DNA of 64,000 bases, from contig OZ025706.1 in assembly GCA_964019335.1 (NCBI GenBank), positions 124,001-188,000 on the forward strand, given 5' to 3'. The notes beneath the pieces were generated by a model, which worked only from the letters and a program-made list of their open reading frames with translations, was not told the DNA's origin and did not search any database. The position numbers and the translations under genes are program-made. Source of the stretch: Diplonema japonicum (lineage: Eukaryota > Protista > Euglenozoa: Diplonemea). The first letter of the stretch is position 1. The number at the start of each line of letters is the position of its first letter. Shown piece by piece: positions 1 to 11,769 of this stretch.

Positions 1-547
1 ACGTGATAACAACTGCAGATCGCTCTATAGACCTAGAGCTGCACTGTAGCCTGGGATCGGATCTGAAGGAGACCTTGACCCGGGTTGTCACTTCGTTGCA
101 TATTTTCAAGCTTTGTCTTTTTCTTACGGGCATGGTACCTGTGTCCAGTATCAGGCCGCCACCGCCCACGCAGAAACACCCCATCTCGTAGCTGCACTTT
201 TTAAACTGTTTCACAATGCTGCCCAGAGAAGGCGTGGCCAATGGTACCGCCTGCACCTCGTCACCCGGTACCACGTGACTTGCGCCGCCGTACCATGTTC
301 CATACACAACTAACTGGCAAAACACGGCCGCCAATAGAATCTTACGCAGATGCATTGCCGCATGCCGCGTGTGGTGGCCTTTCTCTCTTTTTATTTTTAA
401 AAGAGGGGAATCTGATGTGATTTTTTTTTTTTAGGGGAGGGGTGGGAGGGCAAGGGGAGAAATACAAAAAAAAAAAAAAAAAAAAAAAGAGTGATCATAA
501 TTTCCCTTTAATGTTTGTAAAAAAAAAAAAAAAAACCTTTTCCCTTT

Positions 548-3500
548 TCAAAACAGCGTTGTGAAACTCAGCTGTGCTACCTCCAAACCGGCTACGGTCT
601 CTGAGATCACCGAGTCCATCTTCCCTCCTGGTAGGTACTGCGCCGTTCCCTCGTATTTGATGCTGGTGGGCCGTGCCACGAATGTGCCTTTTGGTGGTGC
701 AGTAGACGGGGCTGAGGCGAGTTGGAGGGTGCCATGACTGTCCACAAACAATACCCCACAGCACCACTGTGTTTCAATTTTGTTCTTTCTGTCTTTCCCC
801 TCATACCTTGACAGGGCCTTCACGTAACCGAGGGACACGCCATGTGTCCGGCAGTAGAATCCTTGTCCTTGTCACGGAGCCTTTGCTGTACAACGGGAGC
901 AGCTTCAGGAAGGCATCGCCTGCAGCATTCGACAGCACTTCTAAGCACAGCACCACACCTCGTCTAGACACCGGTTTCTGTTTAATATTACTTTTTTCTT
1001 CCCACCCTTGCAATGTCATACTATGGTACACCGTACAAGCCTTCTCCCGATGGACACAGCACGCGGTGGGGTTGCGAGGGCCAACGGCTGCAGCACCATC
1101 CCAGCAATGGAGGCAGGGTAGGGGAGGGCAATGGGTGACGCTGACATCGACACTAAGATACTGGACCTTCCTGCCACTACCGCGACAGCTACATGGTACG
1201 GAGGAAGGACCGTAGCAGTGGGGGTTAGCCTGAGCGTGATCTTGGTCAGGGTGAGGACCAGTAGGTTGCCTTCAACAGCGAAGGAGATGACAGGTGACAC
1301 ATATGGGGGCATGACCTCGAAGAGCTGTTTCCCGTATTTCGAAGGAAACATGTCTAAGGAGTACGGAAGCACTCCGCCATGCTCCCCAACACGCAACCAC
1401 AACCTCCTGCACCTTCGCAGCCCCACCTCCCCCGGGGTCCCTAGCATCCTGCAGTTCCCATCCACCACCCTCCCGACATCCATGCATGGGAGGGCCGTTT
1501 CCTTCCCTTCGTAGCTTACGATGATCCCGCTGTCTTTGTACCCTACGTCATACCACCATTTCACCCCGCCAGCTGTTATGTTGCGGGTCAGGTCGCCCTT
1601 CAACCTCTCAACGCCACCCTTCACCCCCAGCTGGCCTAGGTACCAGAAGCAGCATTTTCCGAACTGGTTTGTCTTCACAAGCATCAGCTTCTTATACTTC
1701 TCGGTCAATGGATCATCAACGGCACTCGCAAGCATCTCGCTCATCTGCGGGACAACCTGCAATGTCAGCGACCTCTCCAGCTGCGGGTTCTGCGTCTTGT
1801 ACACCATCTCGAGGAGCGGGACACAGTTCCTCATCTTCTCCATGGAATTGAGATGCGCATGGACAGCACCTACCTCGCCTGCGGGTATCTTCAGCACCAT
1901 GTTGATGTTCGGCCCCGTTGCAGTGGGAACGACCCTGCGCCTCTTGACGGCCACAGGCTGGTGTTTCACCTCGAGCCTCTTGCAAGCCTGATTGGCTCGC
2001 TCATTGAAGATCTTCGTAAGCCTGCCTGGGAACATCTCCTTGTCCATGGGCTTCCACGGGAACACAGTGACCTGTTCCTCACCGTAAGCAGAGCAGTAGC
2101 AGTGAAGGAGCGAGTTGAAGACGTCGCGAGCGTCCTTCCGCTCACTCATGCACCTCACAATGGCTGCCTTTGGAACTCCAGGGAGCATCTTAGGTATTGA
2201 AGTGCATGTGTCGAGAACACTGTATGTTTCCTTTACTACCATGGCACGGACGGCAACCTCTGCCACGCACTTGCAGCTGCTCTCTGCGAACTCCTCGATG
2301 CGTGGTACCTCTTCGTCCAACATCGCCAGCGCCTCCAAACAAGCGGCCACCTCGTAGGGCGTCCTCCACGACTGCGGGAGAACTCCCTTCAAGACCCCCA
2401 AGACAACCTCCCTGTAGTCCTCCTGCATCCCCATGCTCCCCAGCACAGCCAACATCTTTGTCGCATATGTGAACCCTTCCCTGTCCTTTTTAGCTGCCGC
2501 CACTAATGCATCCGCCATGCCTTGCGTTGGGAACGCTACTTTGCCCAAGCACTCCGCGGCAGCCACCTGCAGCAACAGCGCAGGTAAGTCGGTATCAGCC
2601 TGTCTCAAGATCTCATCACAAGGGTTCTTCCCGTACTTGCTGAGCCCTTTGAGGGCCGCTCCGCGTACGGAGTGGTGATGCCGTGAGTCAGATACAATGC
2701 TGTTGAGGAACTGCTCTGCCTTGAGCAACATGCCGCTGCGGCCGATGCAAGTAAGGGCCACCACTTTGCCAGGTATTGTCATGTCGTGATGTACTTGGAT
2801 AAAGTGCTTATAAGGCTTCTGCACCGCCTGCAAGTCGACGAGGAGGAGCTTCTGGTAAGGATCCGCCCTGATGTAGTGGATGGGGTCGCGCTCTTCGGCA
2901 TCTTGGTAGGGGAGGGCATCCTGCAAGTCGAAGACAGCGAGGGGCTTGAATGTGTCACATTTTGCAAGGTGCGTCGACCACACAGTGCCCGACTCGCCTT
3001 CCGGGACTTGCACCTCGTGGGTGCGTGTCACGATGCTTGCCATTGCCTCGCCCATACTTGTGATCTCGCCCCGTGACTCGTTCTGCAACGCAACCAGTAC
3101 ATCCACCGCACCGTGGTACCCACGTGCGCCATCTTTGGACACAGCCAATACAAGGCTCTGCGTCTGTAAGTTATACTCCGCACAAACTTTCACAGCAGGA
3201 ACACCGTACGGCTGCAGACAGTGCTTCTGGAAGTCTTGTATGTCCCGCTGGCCCGCAGGTAAGGAAGCCATGTACTCTGCAGCGCTAAGAGCACCTTGTG
3301 GGATCCCGGCCACGATCTTCTTGACACCCGGCAACCATGCAGAAGCATCACATCGGTCACCCCTCCGCACACGCACCACCATCGCGATCAGCTGCAGCAC
3401 TGCAAGCACCGACTTCCGAAACAACACCGGAGACCCCGCTGCCGTGTTCTCAGGATCGACAACAGTCTTCTCCGCATGCAGCGGCACGTCGTACCGCCGG

Positions 3501-4486
3501 AGTTCGTTCCGCACAGCCACACCCTCCCTCGCCAACATGTCGACAGTGTTATTCACACCACTCCACTGCAACATACAGTACCAGGCCACTGCACCGGACA
3601 GACCGCATGTCAGCCAGCTGTCCTCACTCGTGACAGGGTGCACTTGGAAGTGGAAGTACTGGAAAGCGATGCTGCAGCACATCTCATAGAACAACATAGG
3701 GAGGTGCAGCGCGTCTTTTCTCAGCCACGCCTGAGGGAGTAGAATTACTCCGCAGCTGCGAGTGACGTCTGACGTGTCAGCAAAGACAATGCTGAGGGGG
3801 AAGGGTATGGGGTGCGAGAGGGCGACGGTCGTCGAGGCGAAAGCCTCTGAGATAACATCGTATATGCCGTCCGGGCAGGGCTGGTGGGGGGAGAATACAG
3901 AGAACCGCTCGGATTGGGTGACTTTGAAGTCTGATGCGATAACGGTGATGAGAGACGGTGGGTGGGGAACCTGCGGGGGGAGCACGTGCGTGGCGTGCGG
4001 GGTATCCAAGGTGATGTTCATCACAGGCCGGGCTTGCATGTTATCGAGAGTGGGAAGCCAGACACGGGAGAATTCAGGCCGAGAAGTGAGGAGGAGCAGA
4101 GTAGGCGTGATGACGCATCCAGGAGGGTTCCTTGCAGTGTGCTTCACACGGAGCGCAACCTTTTCCAACCGCTGATGCTCCTCAAGCACCACGATGACCT
4201 CATGCTGCCGCAGCCTGTACAGCTGCATCGCCTCTTGTGACACTGGGTCTATGTTGCCCTTAGGTGGGTTCAGCACACTGTACCCCACGCTTCGCACCCA
4301 TTCTCCGCCCACTCTGACGTCCACTCCTTCCACTACACCTTTAAAATTGAATGGGACATAAGACGCTTTTTGTTCGCACCTGAACTCCATTACAGTGACT
4401 CCTCGCACTTTCCTTTCACTCAGACTAACCTTCAGTGAGGTACTCTGGTGTGTCAACACCCATGGTGGCGCTTCGTCGCTGGCCAT
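548..4486 (-). CDS. TAF2: TFIID subunit 2 (TAF2)-like protein, inactive M1-aminopeptidase fold; 3 exons (4486-1022, 977-807, 766-548), ~1284 aa
   Basis: M1-fold motifs SRVWLPTLDN, degenerate zinc site IAFQYF..V.P...EDSWL..GL (no HExxH), YIRADP, then HEAT-like helices. The ORF stop at 1016 lies in a GTATGA..AAACAG intron (978-1021); a second GTATGA..ACACAG intron (767-806) joins in frame to the stop at 548. Confidence 0.7.
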
Positions 4487-4782
4487 TTTCTTTTTTTTTT
4501 TGTCTACCGTGTCATCTGGTCTATTCCCTTTTCTTTCTTTTTTAGCACCCCTCTTCCTGTGAAATAGGAGTGAGAGGAAACACGCTAACGAGAGGGGAAT
4601 GAAGAAAAAAAAAGAAAATCTTTAAAACATTTGCGGTATGAAGAGAGAAGAAGGTGGAGGCAGCGGCAATGACGTCAATGTTCTGCAGCCGAGTTCCAAA
4701 CCTCAGGTCCTGTCCAGTGAAATAGGAGAAAAGGACGAGGTGACTGCCAAGAAAAAAAAAAAAAAGAAAAAAAAAAAAAAAG

Positions 4783-4815
<33 letters not shown>

Positions 4816-4909
4816 AGAAGAGACATTTAAGGGTACCTGCGGTATGTGGCAGGACGCCTGAAAAAAAAGAGAGAAAAGACACGTTCTAAACAAAATAAAA
4901 AAGAAGTCA

Positions 4910-7723
4910 TCAATCCATTGACGTGAGCATAAGATGACCTGGAAGGGGCTGGGGGGGTTGTTCTTCGATTTGCTCCTCTTTTCGCGGTTTCTTATTGGCG
5001 GTGTCGTCCTTCGGGTGCTTCCGTTTGGCGGGTCTAAAATAGTATATGAAGCACGCGTAGGAGTCGAGGTACTTGGCAAGGTACTTCTGGACTGTGTACC
5101 ACTCTGAGTGAGTGCCAAAGTGAGGTATATGGAACATGGGGTGAACCCCGCGAGAGGCCATCTTGTCCGCAGCCTCTCGAAGCTTCTTCAAAGCAGTCTC
5201 AAGGAGCGTAAAGTCTTGAGCAGTGTTCGCTGACCGCATCGAAACCATGAGTGCGACACTGAGGGCCTTTGTGACCTTGATGAGATGCACGTCTCCAAGG
5301 CGAAGGTCTTGACAGTCCTTAGCCTTCTCATAGTAACTTCCGATCCATTGTGAAAGCTGGTCAACTGCCTTGAAGAACCCCCTCCCACCCCACTCTCCGC
5401 TGTTGTTCACAGGCATAATCACCAGGTCCACTGTATCGCGTGTGCCGTACCCTTTCTTGATCTCTTCTGCCAGCTTGCACTCACGCGGCTTTGTGGCGTC
5501 ACCTTGCACATGGTACGGAGCGTCGTGGATCGGAGACTCCAGATCTTCACACTCTTCGTCACCCTTGTCGCTTAAAATCAATGTTTTAAGCAGTGCGTCC
5601 ACAGCGTCGGGGTACCCAGGAACAGGCTCAACCTGTCGGGACGTGTACTTCGCCTCGCCCCACCTTTTCTTGAGTCTCTTTCTTCGGTTATCTTCCTTTT
5701 CGTGCGGTGTGATTAGTTCACGCACTTTCACAACCCGCTGCGAAGCCCCCTCAACACGGGGTTTCAACGGCGGGGCGGAAGCGGCTGCAAACAAATCCTT
5801 CAAAGCATCTTCGCCCTTCTTGACCAACCCTGTGTAGTCGACCCCCTCGTAGGTCATGTGTTCCTTGTCTTTTCGTTCGCTTGTACGAGTGGTTACCTCC
5901 GCGTTGCTGATCATTTCTCTCACGCTGCCCGTGACGAAGTCCAGGTAGGCAGACAGAGACTTTGCATCGTCTTCGCTCCTTTCGGGTGTGTGCACCAGGA
6001 GATCTTTGATCGTGCCTTTTTCATCTTCAGCAGCGTCTGTTGCTGCGGAGGCCTTGATAAGCTCCAGTAGTTCGATGTTCTTTGGGGCTGTTGACGCTTT
6101 GCCATCTTGCGGCTTGTTCAGTACACCATCGGCAAGTTGTAGCTTTTTCAACGCCCTTGAGAGGATAATATCTTCGATGGAGTCAGCGGACACCAGTCTG
6201 TACACTGTCACCGGCTTTGCCTGCCCGATTCTGTACACCCTCTCCTGCGCCTGCAGGTCAACATGTGGGTTCCAATCATGGTCGAAGAAGATGACTGTGT
6301 CAGCGCAAGTGAGGTTTAGACCGAGCCCCCCTGCACGGGTGGACAGAAGGAACGCAAAAACGTTTTCTTTTGAGAAGTTGTCGATGACCTCAAAGCGCTC
6401 CGAGGCACGGAGGCTACCGTCAAGCCTTTCATACGAGTGGTCCCGTAGATGCAAGTAGTCTTGTAGGATGTCAAGGCTTGAGGTGAACTGCGAGAATATC
6501 AGCACGCGGTGGTTGTTTTTCTTCAGTTCCGTCAAGAGCTTGTCAAGCAGGGTCAGCTTCCCGGAGTTCAAAACAAGGTGCTCACCTAGCTCGAAGGGTT
6601 CCTCCTCGACACCGGTGAACATGTAAGGGTGGTTGCAACACTTGCGGAGCTGCATCACGATGTTGCCGAGAGATCGCTTCTCGTTCCCAAGGATGCTCGC
6701 AGCGTTCTTCTGCAGCACCCCTTTGTACAGCAGTTTCTGAACAGGCGAAAGAGGGCAATGGAGCGTCATCTCTGTTTTTGGTGGCAGATTTGTGAGCACT
6801 TTGTCCTTCGTCCTGCGCAGTAGAATGTACGATAAGATATCCGTAAGCCTGTCACTCTGAGCACCGGTGTCACCTGACTCGATACTGGGGAACCATTTGC
6901 TTGAAAAGCTCTCCAAATCGTTGAACAGTACCGGGCAGACCACGTTAAGAAGCGACCAAAGCTCCGAGATGTTATTCTGAAGCGGCGTTCCGGTGAGAAG
7001 AAACCGGACAGGCACGTGCTTGAGGCCCAGCTGGCTCTTCGGGGTGTTGAAGATGCTCGCCACCTTGGGGTTCTTCAACCGGTGTCCCTCATCAATGACA
7101 CACAGCGGGTAGTCAAAAGCGGTTGTGAAAAAAGAATCGAGCTTCAAAAGCTCGTAAGTTGTTATCAGGCAATGCACCCCAGGGATGTAACACGTCTTAG
7201 ACCTTACACTGTTCAAATCCTTTTCTATCCCATCTCGGAGTTCCTGCCGTTCCTCCTTCGCTCCTGTATAGGCTAAAACGGAGATGTCAGGGGCGAACTT
7301 TTTGAACTCATTGCACCAATTCCCAAGAACTGATAGAGGAACCACAATCAAAACGGGTGCGTCCTTACCGGTCACGGCCTTGTTTTCCACCAAGTTTGCG
7401 ATCAGTGAAATTGCTTGGACTGTCTTTCCCAACCCCATGTCGTCACCTAAAATCCCGCCGTTCCCGCTTCCGTACAACCGTGACATCCAGTTGAACCCGG
7501 TGACCTGGTAGGGCTTCAGAACATTTTCTAGACATTTAGGGACGCGACCCCTCATTCCGCCCTCGTATCTTTCCTGAACTTCTTTGGATAAGTGCTCGCC
7601 TGTTGGGATCTCCTTGCATCCCTCGCGTGCCTTCGCCACCTGTGCCGCCTCTTTCTTCTTGCGTGCTTTTTCCGACAAGTACGTCTCGTCTGTATTCTTC
7701 TTCCGTTCGATGAAATACTTCAT
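4910..7723 (-). CDS. CHD1L: SNF2-family chromatin remodeller with C-terminal macro-like domain (CHD1L/ALC1)
   Basis: LGDDMGLGKT, DEGH, LTGTPLQNN, QLRKCCNHPY, STRAGGLGLNL, QAQERVYRIGQ; C-terminal VQGDATKP..VNNSGEWGGRGFF..LGDVH macro signature; basic NLS-like tail. Start taken at MKYFIERKK (7723); the upstream extension is homopolymer-derived. Confidence 0.88.
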   Translation of the reverse strand: MKYFIERKKNTDETYLSEKARKKKEAAQVAKAREGCKEIPTGEHLSKEVQERYEGGMRGRVPKCLENVLKPYQVTGFNWMSRLYGSGNGGILGDDMGLGKTVQAISLIANLVENKAVTGKDAPVLIVVPLSVLGNWCNEFKKFAPDISVLAYTGAKEERQELRDGIEKDLNSVRSKTCYIPGVHCLITTYELLKLDSFFTTAFDYPLCVIDEGHRLKNPKVASIFNTPKSQLGLKHVPVRFLLTGTPLQNNISELWSLLNVVCPVLFNDLESFSSKWFPSIESGDTGAQSDRLTDILSYILLRRTKDKVLTNLPPKTEMTLHCPLSPVQKLLYKGVLQKNAASILGNEKRSLGNIVMQLRKCCNHPYMFTGVEEEPFELGEHLVLNSGKLTLLDKLLTELKKNNHRVLIFSQFTSSLDILQDYLHLRDHSYERLDGSLRASERFEVIDNFSKENVFAFLLSTRAGGLGLNLTCADTVIFFDHDWNPHVDLQAQERVYRIGQAKPVTVYRLVSADSIEDIILSRALKKLQLADGVLNKPQDGKASTAPKNIELLELIKASAATDAAEDEKGTIKDLLVHTPERSEDDAKSLSAYLDFVTGSVREMISNAEVTTRTSERKDKEHMTYEGVDYTGLVKKGEDALKDLFAAASAPPLKPRVEGASQRVVKVRELITPHEKEDNRRKRLKKRWGEAKYTSRQVEPVPGYPDAVDALLKTLILSDKGDEECEDLESPIHDAPYHVQGDATKPRECKLAEEIKKGYGTRDTVDLVIMPVNNSGEWGGRGFFKAVDQLSQWIGSYYEKAKDCQDLRLGDVHLIKVTKALSVALMVSMRSANTAQDFTLLETALKKLREAADKMASRGVHPMFHIPHFGTHSEWYTVQKYLAKYLDSYACFIYYFRPAKRKHPKDDTANKKPRKEEQIEEQPPQPLPGHLMLTSMD

Positions 7724-7929
7724 GGTTTTCTTTCCCTCTTTTTTTTTTTTTTTTAACCTTGTTTTTATCGTAATTCTTGGTTTGAAAAAGAAAATAAGAT
7801 AAAAGAAATACAAAGAAAACTAGCGGGTGGAGGGGATACAAGGGGGATTACATTAATCTTTCTTCACAACAATGGGACGATGAGGATGGGAAGAGGGGAT
7901 ACACAATATATATTCTTTTGAGGACATCC

Positions 7930-9696
7930 TCACCCAACCCGTCTCAGGTGTGCGGAGTTGATGACCTCTGAAACTTCCGAAGGGCATCGGTGCCGTCTAG
8001 AAGGGCTGCTGCTGTTTTGCTTCCCTGACTTCTGTGGCATAGTTCGCGAGACGGAGCCCTTCGGTCTGGAGCTTGGTTCAGGGATGCCTGCGTTGGCCCT
8101 TGTTGGCTTGAAGTAAGCCCTCGGCCCCAAGGGAACTGTTGAAATAGGCCCGCGTTTCTTCGCAAGCGGGAAGTAGCTCAGCCGCATCGGGGGATGCTCG
8201 TCGCCGTCCATCGGAAAGGGCTCGGGCAGGAGCGCACTGTCACCGTCTTCAGAACACCCAGGCACCATGACAGGCGTCCCTGTCTCGGGGGTGTCTATGG
8301 CAGGTGGTGCGCTCTTCCTCATCGACGGCGGGACCCTGTTCACCACCTGGCCCACCGGCGACGACGACAGCTCGATCACTGTCTCTTGAAACATCTCACG
8401 CCAGTCGGTGGGTGATGCCGACTCCTGTCTCGCGGGCGACCTAGACATCGGGCGTGGCGGCGACAGAGTGACCATGTTGTCCACAACCTCCCTCGCGATG
8501 TGCGGCTGGGGGCTTGCCACCGGTGTTGCATTGTATGACGATGCACCCACCAGCATGGCGTCGCTCTCTGGTGCTGGCAACGGAGCGACAAACACAGGAA
8601 GGCTGTCCTTCGCCATACGCAGGGGCGGGTGTTGTTGTTGTTGCTGCTGCTGCTGCTGCTGATGTTTAAGTGGAGGCTGACGAGACATTTTACCGACCTG
8701 CAACGGTGAAGCATGCGGCAGGGGTGTGGGCGGGATGGGCGTCGCAAGCTCGGTCACCTCCTTCACCGGTGACACCATCTTCCCCGCCCCCGCTTGCGCA
8801 ACAACACCACTACGCCGCAGCCTGTGGCTGAAGTGCGTCACATGAGCGTGCTCCGACTCAAGATGACACACCCCAGACTCATAATACCGCGGGCAGGGAT
8901 GGATGAAGGTGTCAAGGTGGTTCCGATCATCCGCCTTGAGGCAGTGCATATCGTTGGGGCAGTGCGGCTTCTCTGTTGGGAGGGGCTCGGCAGGGGGTGC
9001 TGGCTTCAAGGACCGTTTCGATTTCGGGTCAGGGATGGATATCAGATACGAAGCATCCCGGACGACAGACTGCGGCGGGGGCTTGGCGTTGAGGAAAGGA
9101 GCGAGCGGAATGTAAGGCTCCTTTGTTTTCCTTGAGGGAGACAAGGCACGGGCCTGGAGCGCGGCACGGATTTCAGCCTTATCGGACATGTGATTGAACC
9201 GTGAAGCATGCGCATCTCGGAGTCGGGAAGGGGACCCTTTACCCCTCACAGTGGAGGTTCGCATGTAATGACACAGAACGTATTTCGGGACGTCGGTGCT
9301 CGAGAAGACCTCGAGCACAAATCCGTTTCCTTGAAACAGCCGTTTGCGAACACGAGCGTTGTCCTCCTGCCTGCGTGCATCGTCCACAGCAAGGCCCTTG
9401 ACTGAGATGTCCTTTGTCATGTAAACGTAGTCCGGGGCCAGGTTGGGTGTGTGCTTTGCTGGATCGGGGTGTGAGCCTCCTAGTGTGACAGATTTGGCTT
9501 CAAAACCGCCTAGAAATTGCTTTAAGATGGCTGAGGTGGCGCTCGTCAGCTCTGTCTCCCTCCCTTCTGTTATTGGGAGCGTGTCTAGCTGCGTCCCGAC
9601 GAGCATGTGGTGAACTTGCAAGCGAGCCATCAGTTCTGTGTTGCCTTCCCGCCTTCGTGTTCCGTACACTGCCGTTTCGCTGTGTACTGTTTTCAT
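7930..9696 (-). CDS. Pro/Ser-rich, largely disordered protein with two tandem PBZ-like CCHH zinc fingers and a polyQ tract
   Basis: Long ORF starting at MKTVHS (9696); CPNDMHCLKADDRNHLDTFIH and CPRYYESGVCHLESEHAHVTHFSH at ~8824-8961; Q-run at ~8630-8662. Confidence 0.7.
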   Translation of the reverse strand: MKTVHSETAVYGTRRREGNTELMARLQVHHMLVGTQLDTLPITEGRETELTSATSAILKQFLGGFEAKSVTLGGSHPDPAKHTPNLAPDYVYMTKDISVKGLAVDDARRQEDNARVRKRLFQGNGFVLEVFSSTDVPKYVLCHYMRTSTVRGKGSPSRLRDAHASRFNHMSDKAEIRAALQARALSPSRKTKEPYIPLAPFLNAKPPPQSVVRDASYLISIPDPKSKRSLKPAPPAEPLPTEKPHCPNDMHCLKADDRNHLDTFIHPCPRYYESGVCHLESEHAHVTHFSHRLRRSGVVAQAGAGKMVSPVKEVTELATPIPPTPLPHASPLQVGKMSRQPPLKHQQQQQQQQQQHPPLRMAKDSLPVFVAPLPAPESDAMLVGASSYNATPVASPQPHIAREVVDNMVTLSPPRPMSRSPARQESASPTDWREMFQETVIELSSSPVGQVVNRVPPSMRKSAPPAIDTPETGTPVMVPGCSEDGDSALLPEPFPMDGDEHPPMRLSYFPLAKKRGPISTVPLGPRAYFKPTRANAGIPEPSSRPKGSVSRTMPQKSGKQNSSSPSRRHRCPSEVSEVINSAHLRRVG

Positions 9697-11099
9697 GTTG
9701 TGGGGGGAGGGGTATTTTCTTTTCGTCTCGTTTCGTACTTCGCTTCCCCCCCGCCGCCCTCCCCCTTTTTTGAGAAGTCTTTTTGAAGAAAAAATGTCGA
9801 TTTTTTGAGGAACAAAAAAAAAGAAAAAGAAAACTCTGGGGGGGGGAAAGGGGAGAGGAAGAGGCGAGAGGGGTAAGAATCTTTTCTTTTTTTCTTCTTC
9901 TTCTTTCCTGTTTTTTTCTTTTATTTTATTGTAGTTCAAAGATCATCGCCCATAAAATTTCGAATGGGTAAATTCTTCTTTTTTTTATTTTTTTTTTTAA
10001 CCATCTACCAACAGACAATTTTTGCCCACCAGGGAGTAATTTTTCAAAATTTCAAAAAAAAAAAAACTGCTTTAACACAACACCGGGGCTGTATACCACC
10101 TGAAATGCCTCCATGTCCTAATTCTAGAGAGAGGGTGCCCACAGGAGCCATCAGTGCTATCATCACTCATAATGTCCTCTTCCGGCTTCTTTCTGGGCTG
10201 GCGTTTTTTTTATATTATTTTTTCATTCTTTTTTTTTTTTTTTTTTGCAAAGTTAGGGCGGCATTTAGTTTATATTTTTCATATTTTCCGCGCAGGACCC
10301 CGGCGGCAAGAAGTGGCCGGGCCGTATTGAAAGCCTTTAGCATAAAAGTTTTTTTTTTCAAATCGTCTATATATAGACGCTAGTTGGTAGATGGTTAATT
10401 GAGTTATTGAGTTCAAAACAAAAGAAGGAGCACACATGGCACACAAATGACTCAACGTACTACCACTAGTAAGTATTTTCTTTTTTCTTTTTGTCTTCTT
10501 TTTTTTTCCCTTTTTTTTTTCTCCCACAAATGGGGCTGGCGAGTTTTTCTTTTTTCTTTCCCCCCTCCCCGGTTGCCTTGGCCATGTTTTGAACAAGAAC
10601 TAAAATAATAAAATACAAGTTAATGACACTTGCAGCAGAATCTGCCTGTCTCAAAGGAGAAGGAAAAAAAAAAAAAAAAAAAAAAAAAAAGGCTTTGCTG
10701 TATTGTGGGTTGAGACAAATACCGTTTGCCGGAGAAGCCAAAAAAAAAAAAAAAAAAGAAAAGAAAACCATAAGAAGTAGAAAAACATAAAAGAGGTATG
10801 CAAAAAAATAAAAAACTTTTTTTTCCCTGCGATAGCTACCACGGAACTGAACCCGTGTGACGAAAGAGATAACAATAGGGGGGAAAAGGGGGGGGGTGGG
10901 GAGGCTTGCGCTTGTTAGCTGCGCGCATTCGGATTTTATTGTTTGTACAACCGCGCTATCACCGAATGAACATAGAGGGGGGGGAAAAAAAGTATTGAAA
11001 AAAAAAAAAAAAACTGACATGAAACGACGAGTGGCCTCCAAAAAGGACCCATAGTTACACTCTCGTCTTTTTTTTTTTTTTTTTTTTTTCACTCTTGGT

Positions 11100-11211
11100 C
11101 ATTTTCTTCACTCACTAGGGGCCTCATAATTTTACGCGAAATGGCCATAATTTAACTTGTTAAATTATGAGATTTTGGAGTTAAATTATGGGGCTTTAGA
11201 GTGAAAAAATG
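11100..11211. repeat. Imperfect ~110-bp palindrome (foldback/MITE-like) with four CATAATTTWAC motifs
   Basis: Central perfect hairpin CATAATTTAAC-TT-GTTAAATTATG; outer arms ATTTTCTTCACTC / GAGTGAAAAAAT also mirror each other. Confidence 0.6.
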
Positions 11212-11769
11212 GGTCTTGTCGTGGAAAATAATGTACCCAACTTGAATAGTTTTTTGGCCATCTGAGGCCATTCCGGCCCTTAAAAGTGGGAATAAGTGCT
11301 TTACTTCCTCTTAAAATGCCACGGCGCAATAGCTGCGGAACTCTGTTGGCAATAAATAGCTATTTTTAAACGGCCAAGGGAGAAAAAAATAAGAATAAAG
11401 AACTGGGGATCATCATTTCCCCAATATATCATATCTCCTCAGCAGAACTTTTTTTTTTTGTGTTTGTTTTTACCCTTTCCTTTTTTTCCCCCCCCCTTCT
11501 ATGTCCCCCCTTTTCCTTTATTTTTCATTTTAAAGTACTTGTTCCATAAAAAGAAGAAAGAGAAAGAAAAAGCTGCGTATGTGTTCGTGTTTCCGTTTCT
11601 TTGCTTTTTTTTTTTTTCTTTTTTTTTTTCTCCTTCTCCTTTCTTTTTTTCCTCCATTTCTTTTTTTTTTTTTTTTTGCCCGTGTGAAAATAAAACCTAA
11701 TTTTTGACACCTGAAAAAAAAGCTTCTTTTTTTTCTTCCTTTTTATTTTTGCTTTCAGCTTATAGTATT

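Noticed and set aside
1-300. Minus-strand frame open for ~100 codons to the window edge
   Set aside because: No supported start or recognisable motif; may be part of a gene continuing outside the window, but cannot be called.
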